A DNA stretch of 60,434 bases, counting the filler, from Sphacelaria rigidula (Eukaryota), in NCBI GenBank assembly GCA_964200075.2. It is 6 parts of 6 records of this genome, joined end to end, with 100 filler letters (N's around TTAATTAATTAA, not from the genome) between each part and the next. Parts side by side here need not be neighbours in the genome. Positions count along the whole stretch, not along the records: positions 40,358 to 50,346 come from CAXNAA020007359.1; positions 50,447 to 60,434 come from CAXNAA020007360.1; 4 more parts are not named here. One strand, 5' to 3'. A program made the translations under genes and the position numbers. Below, one piece after another: positions 49,498-60,434 of this stretch (positions are counted from its first letter, which is position 1; each line of letters opens with the position of its first letter). The notes beneath the pieces were generated by a model that was given only the letters and a program-made list of their open reading frames with translations, was not told the origin of the DNA and made no database searches.

Positions 49498-49670
49498 CCA
49501 CTAGCACTAGCACTAGCACTAGCCCTAGCCCTAGCACTACTACTACTAGCCAGTAGTAATGGTACTAGTTAGTACTACGTACTACTTGTAGTACTAACTA
49601 GTACTACTAGTACTGCTACCACCACCACCACTACTACTACCACTACTACCCTTACTAGTACTCCTCCTCC
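49498..49670. repeat. Compound microsatellite (CTAGCA)n/(CTA)n/(CCA)n
   Basis: Direct inspection. Confidence 0.85.
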
Positions 49671-50346
49671 TTCTCATGCTCCTACTTCTACGCCTACGAC
49701 GACAACCGCAAACTCTTGCGATGAAAGGATGAAATATGTCGTGAGAACAACGATTGTCATCTTCGTGCTTCCCCGAACACCCATCATACCATACGAATGA
49801 GGCTAATGGGCTCCTTGCACCTTTGCGCAGACCCTCGAAAACAGGTTCTAGTTCAAAACTGATCCGCTACGACGGATCACACTAATGAGAAACTCACACT
49901 CAACAGTTCGGCTTAGTAAGCAGGGTCCAAGAAATCAGGCTTCACCTGTTCGCCCCAAACTACCTCCTACAGAGCAGGTGTAAGACTTTCGCAACCATGG
50001 GTGAGGCTCAAGAACGGAGGCTTCAGCCTGGGCTCAAACCGTACCCCCTGCTGACAGGATGGCTAGAAACAACTGCCCCGAAAAACACATTTTGCCGCCA
50101 TGCCATCAAACCCTCGGCCGCCAAACTAGCCTTGGGTAGACCCTATCTGAGCCACCGGGAAACAACAGCTTTCAGTGAACAACGGCACATAAATCTGGGG
50201 TCGGCGACACCATGCAAAACTACATCCGTGACAATGGACCACATCTGTCAAAAAGTGCACTGCGTACAGTATGGAACATATTATTATTATTATATTATTA
50301 TATCCATCACATTAGCTCGATCTCTCGAACCCGTGGTCACAGAGTG

Positions 50347-50446
50347 NNNNNNNNNNNNNNNNNNNNNNNNNNNNNNNNNNNNNNNNNNNNTTAATTAATT
50401 AANNNNNNNNNNNNNNNNNNNNNNNNNNNNNNNNNNNNNNNNNNNN
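50347..50446. other. Artificial contig spacer
   Basis: Same 100-nt linker. Confidence 0.97.
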
Positions 50447-51147
50447 ACACCACCTAATGCGCACCCTGCACCTCAAAACAGACTAGATGAAACTTTCGGT
50501 CTTCGTCATAACCCTGCAGTTACATATGCGGATTTTCAGCAACACGCCACTGTTTCGTTTAGACGCCAGACACGTCGTTCCTCCTGACCAGCCTCATTGA
50601 TCGTTCTGGAGGCCCGGTCCCAAAAGGGTCAAGAGCCGAATAGCAGCCCAATCTTGGCAACCATTTCACGCCTCTTTCGCATGCTCAAACGGATCGTTCG
50701 TCTGCTCTCACTTTTTTAGTTCCAATATTAGCTATTTTTTTGTGAGAAAAAAATTCGGAGGCGATGAAAATGTAGCATCAGCTCTCATCCAATCGGAAAG
50801 ACAAAAAAAAAATGATATCGAAAACCGCCAGAACGACTATTACTCTCACTTCGCATTCTCACTTCTCTGGTCTCGTTAAAACGGGCCCTAGGGCAAGCGC
50901 AATATCAGGACATGAGCAACATGAGTAAAGCGCTTCCCTCCGTACCTTCGCTCACCATTTCTGCGTGTTTCACTTTGACCATCAACCAGTTCAGTTGTCC
51001 GCATGCACGATATCGTGTTTTGAAGCGGGGCGTGTTTCGACCCGTCCACGACTCGTCGCTGCAACAACATATCCATCCGTCCTGCTGACCCTGCATCTTG
51101 AGTTTGTTATCTTTTGATTTTCCGGCATGCTTGTATGACTGGGACAG

Positions 51148-52069
51148 GTGTGCATACAGTGCTTTGAGTGGCGACACTACCGACATAGCTCCCAGCGTTC
51201 TGTGTCTACTGGACGACCCTCTGACCTCCCTCGATGCCACAACTCGAGACCACGTGTCCCAGCACTGCATACATGGTCTCCTCAGTGCAAACCCCGGGAT
51301 AGCTGTGGTGGTGGCTTGCGGCGAAATCTCACCGCCGGTGTCCAGCACCTTGACAGGTAAAGAACATGCAACGGTCAATTTGATGGGAGACACGTCGCTG
51401 GAGGAACGCGAATCAGAAGCCACGTCAGCGTCAGCATCACCAGCCCTATCGTTACCATCATCGTCAACACCAGCTCAATCACCTACGGCCATGCTCCAGA
51501 AGCCAGAAGAGGCACCACCTTGTTCCCACAAAACATCGCTGTGCGGTGATGATGGGTTGGCGACGACTTCCAATGCGCCGAGTGTGGAGAAGACACGACA
51601 GTTCGACAAAATCGTAACACTGTGTTCAGGACGTGCCACCACCACTGCTGCATGTACAGCTACTGCAAAGCACCCGCGTACGCCGGATGCTATCCACAGA
51701 CCCGTTGAAGTCCAGAAGCCGGCAACTACCGGCAAACCTCCGGCTTTGGAACTGTTGGAACTGTTTGATACCGACCGCACCGGCATCTCGGAAGGTTGCT
51801 CCCCAAATGAAAGTTCTGTCCACCCCGATTGCGGGTTATTGCGAGATGATAGTGAACCATTGCGGGATGACATGACAAATCGGAATATCGACGGATTGGT
51901 GCGAGACAAAAGGATCAACAGCTTCAACGAAGGCATCAGTGATGTGCAATGCGGAGAGATAGGGAGCATGATTGAAGAAACGAAGGGGGAGTGTTCGAAC
52001 GGTCAAGAGACTGATGGGGCGGGGCCCGTGGAGGATGAAGAGAGGAAGGACGGATCTGTGGAACTTAAG
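51148..52069 (+). CDS. ABCC (ABCC10/MRP7-like) transporter exon: end of NBD1 and linker
   Basis: RCAYS...LCLLDDPLTSLDATTRDHV (Walker B/D-loop), FDKIVTLCSGR, EDEERKDGSVELK; gacag|G ... AAG|gtaaat. Confidence 0.8.
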
Positions 52070-52742
52070 GTAAATTTCTGGATCTCGATGCTTTTCCCTC
52101 AGGTTAAGCAAGTTTCCGAATTGGCCTGCTTGCTCCGACCCGCGAAACAGCATGGAAACCATCTGCGCGCAGAAGTGGGAAACGTTGACAACTTTCTCAT
52201 ATTGCAAGCTATGCCCACGTGATCCGAACTATGTTGCAAGCTGTGCACGTTTTACACCTCAACATGTCTTTGTGTCAAGTGAATGATTGTGTTGCTTCGA
52301 AGTGGCTCTAAGGCGCCGGCAAGCTACAAATGCAGTGCTCTGTCGTAAGGGAAACTGTCTGTTCCGATTGTAACTGATTTTGCTGAACACCGGTCGCCGG
52401 TGCTTTGAATTTTTACGCATGCCCCCCCGCCGCCGCCCAGAATTTGATGGTTTCGACGTACACAAAGCCCTGCATGTCGGAACCAGTGGTTATCAAGAGG
52501 CGTGGTTTCATGAATTAACTGAACAAAAGGGTGAACCATACTTTAGAGTATATACTATACACGATCTTTCTCGATCTTTGTTGGCCGCGTGATTTTTGAG
52601 CGCTTCAAAGGCAGACACGGTATTATACGAATAGGCGTCACGTTTCGTCCATGAAATGTAGATGCGTCAACCAACCATGCGTGTGAAGCCACCCGGCGAT
52701 CAACCACTTGTTTTTCTCGTGTCATTGTGAATATTTGGACAG

Positions 52743-52868
52743 GTTTGTGTCCTATACGTGAAGGCGGCGGGAGTTTTGGTGACCCTCACTACTCTGGCAT
52801 CCCTAGGTGCTATGCAGGCCTCTGCCGCCGGCTTCAGCTATTGGCTATCTCGTTGGGCCACGCACCAG
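52743..52868 (+). CDS. ABCC exon, start of TMD2 (GC donor)
   Basis: VCVLYVKAAGVLVTLTTLASLGAMQASAAGFSYWLSRWATHQ; gacag|GTT ... CAG|gcgagt. Confidence 0.8.
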
Positions 52869-53946
52869 GCGAGTAGCACTTTTACTAAGGAGGCGGCCTA
52901 ACTGTTTGTTCATGGAGTCGGCGTTGAGCCTCCAGGAAGTACTCACTCTGACTGACGGTCGCGTCATATATTTTTTGTCCATGAAAAAAAAATCACGGAA
53001 CTCTGAGCTCGAAATTCCATACAAATGCATCGTCAGTTTGAGAACACAGTGTAAACGGATGATACGAACAAGACATACAAAACTTTCATATTAACGTGTG
53101 AAAGCCTGGATCGATACGTATCTATGTTGGAAAATGAAAATGTACCTACCCCCATGGGCGTCAGGCCTTTTTTCGGAACAATGTCATCGGCTGACCTCCA
53201 ATATCGGAAACTCCGACGCTATCGCTCAGCAGCTAATTTCTGTTCGCGAGCATCGCCCCGAATGACCGAATGATACCATACCTCACACCTCACCCCGTCT
53301 ACTCCGTGGCCCCCAACCCCTGACTCATATGTATCGTTTACTGTAACTAGAGTGGTTATTTTCCACATATTATTAGTGGTCCATGTACAGCCCATCTCAC
53401 AGGGGGTTGACTCCAGAGGGGTTAAATACGATGCTGTAGCAGTCAGTCTAGATTTGTTCACGCATGCGGATGTGGCGCTTTCTACGTCGGATGGAAGCAC
53501 TTCGTCGAGTTTTATAGTAGAAACGACGTCGACACTCACGCCGCGTTACCCTCAACTCAAACCCTCGACATCAGTCCAGGTCTACACTACCGTAGGTTTC
53601 ACTCGACCGAAACCCCCTCTGACTTCCGCTGGCGCGATTTTCATCGTCTTCTCGAAAAGTACTCTATAAATTACAGTATAACATGCGTACGTTGTACACC
53701 AGAGGTTGGACTATCGTTGGCATTGTATTATGTCGATATCTACGGTACTGTATAGGGTACGTTGTATACCACGCCCCGTTAAAAATAAGCTTAGATGATG
53801 CTTTCTCGGACCCCACATACGTATCACTTGCGAGTGTTATATTGAGCTTATATCGCGCACGGTTTGGTGCTGGTGCACGTGACGTGTTCTAATGGTGGCC
53901 CCACCCCGTCTCACTGCGTACTCGTGTACGTTCGGCTTGTACACAG

Positions 53947-54023
53947 GGTGGCACGTCCGTGCGGTCGTTCCTCGCCACCAGCTTTTCAATAGCGGCCGCG
54001 AACGCTGTGTTTACACTCGTCCG
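53947..54023 (+). CDS. ABCC exon, TMD2
   Basis: GGTSVRSFLATSFSIAAANAVFTLVR; cacag|GGT ... CG|gtgaga. Confidence 0.8.
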
Positions 54024-54979
54024 GTGAGAGAAGACACGTCACAACGGGGGGACTGACCACGGTAGACCGACCCAGTTGATTATCCCTACATTCTTTGTTG
54101 TTTCACGTGAAGAGCAATCCAAGAGCATGGCGAATTCTGAATATTTTAGTTTTGACTTTACTGGTCATGTCTGTGCTTCAGAGCACCCCACGTTGGTTGA
54201 TTTCCCAGATTTTGCTCTCCCTGCTGTCGCTATATTTTTCTCGCGTACATGTCCATTCCGAGCCCTTTTCGAGTTGAAGATCTGGTGAAACATGTGTCAG
54301 CATTGTACGATAGCTATCATGTCTTTTGACGGAGCGGCTTCACAGCGCAGCACACGGTAGAGTACGTTGCAGTTTTCTTGGAACGGTCGTCGTGGTCGTG
54401 TGCTATATATGCTCTGTCTGTCTCTCCATGCTCCCTCTTAGTCTCAAGCTTCTACCTTATGTTACTCGTTTACGTTAAAAAAAAAACTGGCATGGAATTT
54501 GTGCAGGTGTGATACCGCCTTATAACCCCGAAAAGTGCAGCCTCGTTTCGTAGTCTTATCGGAAGCAAAATTTCCAACGCCCCATATTTGATATGCCACT
54601 ATTATAGTGTCAGTGTCCAAAACGTGTCCTTCCCAGAGTGACAGCACACGCCTGGGAACTCCTGTGCATTGCCGAATGTGGCGACCTTATACTTTCTGCC
54701 TTGACCCCTCTCGTCCTTCCCACACACCCCAAGATCTCACGTAAAATCCGCATGCACAAAAGTGCTTGCAATTTTTGTTTTTATCCAGCCGACCGTCGGC
54801 CTTACAATTGGCGAATGCAGCTGAATATCTCGATGTTGCAACATTCACCTCGGGAGCAACACAGTACATGTTCCTGTTTCAGACTCTTTGTTATCCGCCT
54901 AGTCTTTCTTCCGTATAATTTTTCATGTAACTGCCTCACGGCTAGTTTGATCCTTGAAACCACGGTGTCACTGCCGCAG

Positions 54980-55172
54980 GGCCTTCGGCTTTGCGTACGG
55001 CGGACTCCAAGCGGCGAGGGTGTTGCACAGAAGGCTTCTGACGCACGTCCTTAGGAAGAAGACTCGATTCTTCGATGTGACCCCGTCGGGTAGGGTGGTT
55101 AACCGTTTCAGCAGAGATGCTTTCAGCGTGGACGAGGATTTGCCGTTTCACCTCAACGTGCTTCTGGCCCAG
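54980..55172 (+). CDS. ABCC exon, TMD2 (GC donor)
   Basis: AFGFAYGGLQAARVLH...FFDVTPSGRVVNRFSRD...LPFHLNVLLAQ; cgcag|G ... CAG|gcaagg. Confidence 0.92.
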
Positions 55173-56270
55173 GCAAGGGATTTGTTCGGCTATTAATTCT
55201 GCAGTCGAATTGTCCGTATGGGATGATGAATAAGGCAACATTAATCCGTTGATGACTCGAGAAAAATGGATGAGAAATAATGATGATGCTATTATAGTAC
55301 TAGTACGATGATGTACGATGATGACATAATATTAACGATAGTGACAATAGTGATGGTATTACTGGGAATAAGTTGATGGCATTGAGTATAAGATGGTAAT
55401 AATGATGAGCATATGTTTTTGAGGAGAGAGAGATGCCCCTCGGTGAGGATGAGGGGGCTCATCGTATCTTTTCAACGTGCTGATGAATCAGGCATGAATT
55501 TGTGTTTGTTGGTTGTTTGGTGGTGATAAATATGTACAGATCTCCACCATAGTTAATAATATTCATTACCAATAGTGTCACCTTTGAAAAAAATAGAGTT
55601 GACGTGTGGGTGTGGCATAATCACGTGCACATGTATAGTTTGCATCATCGCTTCATCATCTCATCGCGTCATCGGACGGACTATAGTGCAAAAATTCAGG
55701 AGAATGAGCAAGAAAATGTGGTTGAAGCTGACTTTGACTTGCTATGAATGCTATGAAGTCCAGGGCACTTGCCTTACTCGTACAGATATAGAGGGTGTAG
55801 AGAGTATAGATAGTGTAGAGAGTGTAGATAATGTAGATAGTGGGCCCATGTTGGCGACGAAATCAACGGAGCGAGCTATCAAGCGGCCTGCCCGTTTTGG
55901 AAAAAATACTTTGGCGGACTTCGCCGAGAGGACCCAGAATTTGGAACCTCAGTTTCGTCAGGAACGCGCTTTCAGTGTGATATGCGATATGCGATATGCG
56001 ATCAGTGATAGTGATATGTGATTTGATGGCCACTGTGAACAACTTTGACGGCCCAGATGAACCGACATCTATGTCGTGTGCTTGTTGCGTGTTCGACGAG
56101 TCAGACCTCAACTGTGATTCATATTTTTCTTGTCCTTCTCGTTTATTATTTATCTCGGAAAGAGTACACCCACGGTTGACGGATCCGCTTGTTTCAGTCT
56201 ATTTTCTCTGGCGTGTTCACTCCCCTCACCCGCGTGTTTTCGTTTTTCCTGTGATGTTCAACTGTCTCAG

Positions 56271-56422
56271 TCGGCAGGCTTGATGGCTACGTTGGTGGTG
56301 CTGAGCTATACCAGTCCTCTTCTGATTTTGCTCTTTTTGCCGCTTGGAGTGGTCTACGGCAGACTGCAGAGGTACTACCGGGGCAGCAGCCGAGAGCTGA
56401 GGCGCTTAGACTCCACATCCAG
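56271..56422 (+). CDS. ABCC exon, TMD2
   Basis: SAGLMATLVVLSYTSP...LQRYYRGSSRELRRLDSTSR; ctcag|TCG ... AG|gtcatc. Confidence 0.92.
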
Positions 56423-57200
56423 GTCATCTATATGTTTTATTATTGTTTTTCAAAGGCCCCCCTCTTTACGGAGAATCTGTAGTCTGTAGTCTCGAGCAAT
56501 CGCCCTACCTCTCACCTCTCACTTCTCACCCCTCCCTCGGTGTTTTCCGTGGCTCGCGCTTGCTTTACTGAAGAGCGTTGGATTACCACCCCCGCTGCCC
56601 GTTGATCTTCTCCGTCTTCTACTTTCTAGTGCAGTGATATGCATGTCAAAACTGGAACCCCGAACAAACTGAATCTCGTACCCAGATGAGCACTGAGGCT
56701 GACTAACTGAGACCCTATAATACGCAGTGCCCACGGCGAGTATGGACTACAATTTTAAATATATACATGCATTCGGTACTTTCAGGTCATTCGCACGGTA
56801 GTGCTGTTTTGGTTTGCTCCTCCTCCAGTTTTTGTCATCTATTGTTGTACATCCAGTGTTGGCATCATTGACCCGCAACCCTGATGGGGTGTTGCCCCTC
56901 GTGAACTGGCTAATGGTTCGTGCATGGTCCTTGACATGGTTGAGCCGGACAAGCCGACGACCATAGGCTTTTGTCACGGTGTTTTGTCAAGGGAAAAAGT
57001 ACTGGGATTTGTTGGGACTTCACAAACGAAGATTTCGGCCAGGTTATTGTCCGCCGTATAGTATACATCATATATCATACATCATCATCCATTATTTCAT
57101 TATTTCCCACCGTATTCAAAACTTTTCCGTTGCTTTTGCGCCCCTCTCTTATCTGCTATCATGGTACAATGGTACCATGGTACAATCCGATCAAAACCAG

Positions 57201-57270
57201 GTCTCCACTGTACGCGCTATTTTCCGAGACGTTGGATGGAGCGGTGACCATACGAGCGTTCCAGCAACAG
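57201..57270 (+). CDS. ABCC exon, TMD2
   Basis: SPLYALFSETLDGAVTIRAFQQQ; accag|G ... CAG|gttact. Confidence 0.92.
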
Positions 57271-57684
57271 GTTACTCGTACACACAGCACCCCTGTCCAT
57301 GAAAGGATTTTCCGCTCGTTACAGAGTAGTTTTGCTATGGTCACATAATATACCTACAACACCACCTGTGCCTGTAGTTTTGTCGCGCGTTATTTGGGCA
57401 GTGTCAAACGGTGTCTTCGATATGGTAACGTACTTTTGTGCTAAAGCTTCCCTCTTACGGATACACTTTTGTCCAGGAAATGGTGTCCTGCGTTGTTGCT
57501 GGGTGGCCGACGCCCAAGTCGCGATGGCATCGTGAAATTCGGCAGTCACGATGGCCTTCTTATCGTCTTCTCGTCACGGCCACCTATCTCACTTGTCGCT
57601 TGCTTCACCTGGCTGCTGTGTACCATGTCTCCCCGTTTGTCTCCGTTATACCTCACGTGTTGTCACGCATGCTGCCGCTTTCAG

Positions 57685-57783
57685 GACATGTTTTTCCAGA
57701 GGTTTATGGATCTGCTGGCGGCCAATCAACGCGCAACTTTTTCAGCGTCTACGGCCTCTGTGTGGCTCAGTCTCAGACTGCAG
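57685..57783 (+). CDS. ABCC exon, TMD2
   Basis: DMFFQRFMDLLAANQRATFSASTASVWLSLRLQ; ttcag|GAC ... CAG|gtgtgc. Confidence 0.9.
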
Positions 57784-57804
57784 GTGTGCTGCCACTACAC
57801 AAAG

Positions 57805-57842
<38 letters not shown>

Positions 57843-58856
57843 TGGGGCGTCTGGCTCGTGCAGTCTTGCACACGTGAAACGATTTCGGGAGTTAGTCGTT
57901 AGATTCAGGCTCGTTGATTCAATCGTGGAAACTTCAAGTTGGTCGCGTTGACGCGAGTCAGCTCGTCCCTCAGAGCCCTAAATCAGTCGTATGGTTCGAG
58001 GTATCACTCGTACAGCGTTCCGTTCCGTCCCTTCCCCTTTGTCCGTGTACTGGTGGACTTGAGTTGACATTGGGTTGGTATTTGAGTCTCTCACACCCTA
58101 GACAATATGAGTTAGGGTTAGGGTCAGGTCAATAGTTGCAAGAGGCGGCCTATACTTCACGCAGTCCTTTCATCTATTGCAACTGTTGCAACTACCGAGC
58201 ACGCATTGTTCACGGTGCGCTCTTTGTGGAAGCAGATGCTGCTCGAGTCTTGAAAAATCCGTTTCAGCTCTGCATGCCTATAGCAACGACAACAACAACA
58301 ACAACAACATCGAACAGCGAGTGCTACTGCTGGCGTGCGTCCCTGTTTTCCCTCCCCGTGCCGTGGTCGAAATACCGAAATGTCCACCTGTCGAGGTGAT
58401 TTCTGCATGAATTCTGTGGGGCTGAAGGCGCGCGTGCGATACAAGTAACCGTCCTTCTGGATGCTTCGAGTACAAACAAGATGACCAATACGTGTGAAAA
58501 AAGCCTCACAGATACTTGTAGGGACACTTGTAGTGACTATTTTTGTCCGTTATTATGTAGGTATCGTCTGCATGGAAAAATCTGAAAGTTTCCTTTTCTC
58601 ACTGGTGTTTTCTCTCCTTCGAATTCTCATCTCCAGCTCCCCCATCCCGCCACCTTTTCACTCTCTACACTTCCAGCCACCTCCCTGAAGGTACATGGGC
58701 ACGGGCAATTAGTCATCGGCGATCGATACCCTGCTGGAAAGAACGCGCCGTCCTCTCGTCTTGGCGTGATCGCTGGCCTAACCTAACAGGCAAGGCATGG
58801 GAATCGTGCGCACGTCCCCGTGTCCAAATACCGACCTGTGCTCGCTATGCCCGCAG

Positions 58857-59034
58857 GCGTTGGGGGTTGTTGTGATCGGCGCCGTGGCATTGGTCGCTGT
58901 AACTCAAGAGCACTTCCGACGGTTACACCCTGGCAGTCAAAGCGCCGTCATGGGTCTGGCGGAGGGTGTAGGAGGTCGGAGCGACAACGGAGGGCTAGTG
59001 GGGCTCAGTCTGACGTATGCGCTTCCCATTGTTG
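58857..59034 (+). CDS. ABCC exon, TMD2
   Basis: ALGVVVIGAVALVAV...GLVGLSLTYALPIV; cgcag|GCG ... G|gtgagc. Confidence 0.9.
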
Positions 59035-59581
59035 GTGAGCTATTAATATTCGTATGTGCAACGCCACCCACGGGTAGGTGGAATGCAGAGACGGTGCGAT
59101 ATTTGTTTTTGCGGTATCTTGAGCGTTGTGCGATTTCACTACTTGGGACTATCACTAAAAAAGTGGAATTATTTTGATGACAGTGGCCGCGGGATGCCCG
59201 AGCCTACGTCGTGGAACCCAAATCCTGTAACCACCACACGAAGTTCCTTAAGTGCGAATCCCAGCGACTAGGCAGATACGTCGATGAACCGAAACTGAAA
59301 CGAGCAGGCCGCATATCGCAGCGAGCACCTCGGCATCGGTAAGCTACTTGGTACGACGTTTTGATGAAATCTTCGTACCTGGGGTCACGAAAGCATACAA
59401 TATATCTTTTTCCAGGAAATACCACATTGTTTACAGTGCAGTAGCGTGGGCCCTGTTTTCTGCTACTATTTGCAAGGCAAAGTCGTACTATTGCACACGG
59501 TTTTGTGCTGTGATCGTATGTCTCATGCAAAGTAATGACAAGGCACCGGACGTCCCCCCTCCCGAAAAAACCTTCTTTCAG

Positions 59582-59774
59582 GAAATCTCACCGGACTACT
59601 TGGCGCCCTGACGGAGACCGAACGCGAGATGATTTCTGTGGAGCGCATGGACGAGTACTGCAGGGATAGGACCACTACCAACGGTATCCAGAGTGGGTCA
59701 GGACCAGGACCAATGGCAGGCAAAGTTCGAGAGGATGAAGAGGAAAACAGCATCGAACATCTATCCAGTCGTGG
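59582..59774 (+). CDS. ABCC exon, end of TMD2; NBD2 lies outside the contig
   Basis: NLTGLLGALTETEREMISVERMDEY; ttcag|GA matches phase 1. Donor GG|gtgagg (exact donor uncertain). Confidence 0.85.
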
Positions 59775-60339
59775 GTGAGGAACGCGACCGTTTCGTTTCT
59801 CCGTGTTTTTTTCATTTACATTCAGTGGGCTCGTATGAATGCACTCCAATACCAAAGCGTTGGACGTATATGAAATGATATATTTTGTGGGTTTATCCGC
59901 TTTGGAATTATTGGACTTTTGTGTAGGGGGAGTGTTTCAATAAAATAGCATGTCCTCTATGAATATGCTATTGGGCGAGGCACTCCCATACTTCATTTAT
60001 TGAGGCTACCTGTTGTATTTTTTTTCATATTCTCATCCTGAGTCAGTTCTTCGCGATGAAACTCGTGTTTGAACAAAATATGGTGAACTCAATGAAGTAC
60101 GCTTTTGGACGAAGAGCTGACATACGTCTGTGTAGGCTCGCCTGTTGCAGTTTTTTTTAGCCAGACCTTATGATCAGACTGGAGATCACAGCCAGTGTTT
60201 TTGCAAGTACGTGTCTGATATCTAATACTCCGGAGTATAGGCTGATATGCATCCAGCCGTGGGCAAGGACAGGTAGTTTCTTGTGGAGATTATGAACACG
60301 GTAGTAGCGCCCCAAGTTTACGGTGACAGTGTTGATTCC

Positions 60340-60434
60340 GGAGTCATCCTACAATAGGGGGGGGGGGATTTTTGGCCTTTGTTGTTTTGAATTCTCAGGC
60401 AGAAGGTTGTTGAAAGCAGCCACGGTTGTTCGTA
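60340..60434 (+). repeat. Family R2 copy at contig end
   Basis: Aligns to 40121-40215. Confidence 0.7.

Noticed and set aside
49314-51148. Apparent head-to-head protease/ABC transporter pair sharing a promoter
   Set aside because: A contig spacer lies between them and both genes lack their 5' halves, so the adjacency is artificial.

Overview
Eukaryotic, intron-rich, repeat-rich DNA. The (CCCTAA)n-type repeats, long introns, exon/intron style and TE content suggest a stramenopile, probably a brown alga (inference). The window is not one locus. It is six contigs of 9990, 9989, 9989, 9989, 9989 and 9988 bp, joined by identical 100-nt N44-TTAATTAATTAA-N44 spacers. Contig 1 (1-9990): 3' part of a minus-strand gene for a very large disordered K/R/S/G-rich protein with RS/RD repeats, plus a tRNA-derived SINE. 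Contig 2 (10091-20079): the last exons of an unknown gene, a 3.3-kb complex G-rich satellite with a period of about 210 bp, and a 1.2-kb TIR element containing hairpins. Contig 3 (20180-30168): a decayed Ty3/gypsy pol (RT-RNaseH-integrase) whose integrase tail carries a chromodomain followed by a PWWP/Tudor-like segment, then a probable LTR and a second ORF1/gag-like region. Contig 4 (30269-40257): nested TEs, namely a MITE carrying telomere repeats, a gypsy gag with an upstream antisense ORF and a mariner-type MITE inside it, and Ty1/copia halves in opposite orientations. Contig 5 (40358-50346): five exons of an A1 aspartic protease with a C-terminal TSP1-like Cys-rich region. Contig 6 (50447-60434): eight exons of an ABCC (ABCC10/MRP7-like) transporter with two GC-AG introns and an atypical end of NBD1. 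No CRISPR array, rRNA gene or intact tRNA gene was seen.
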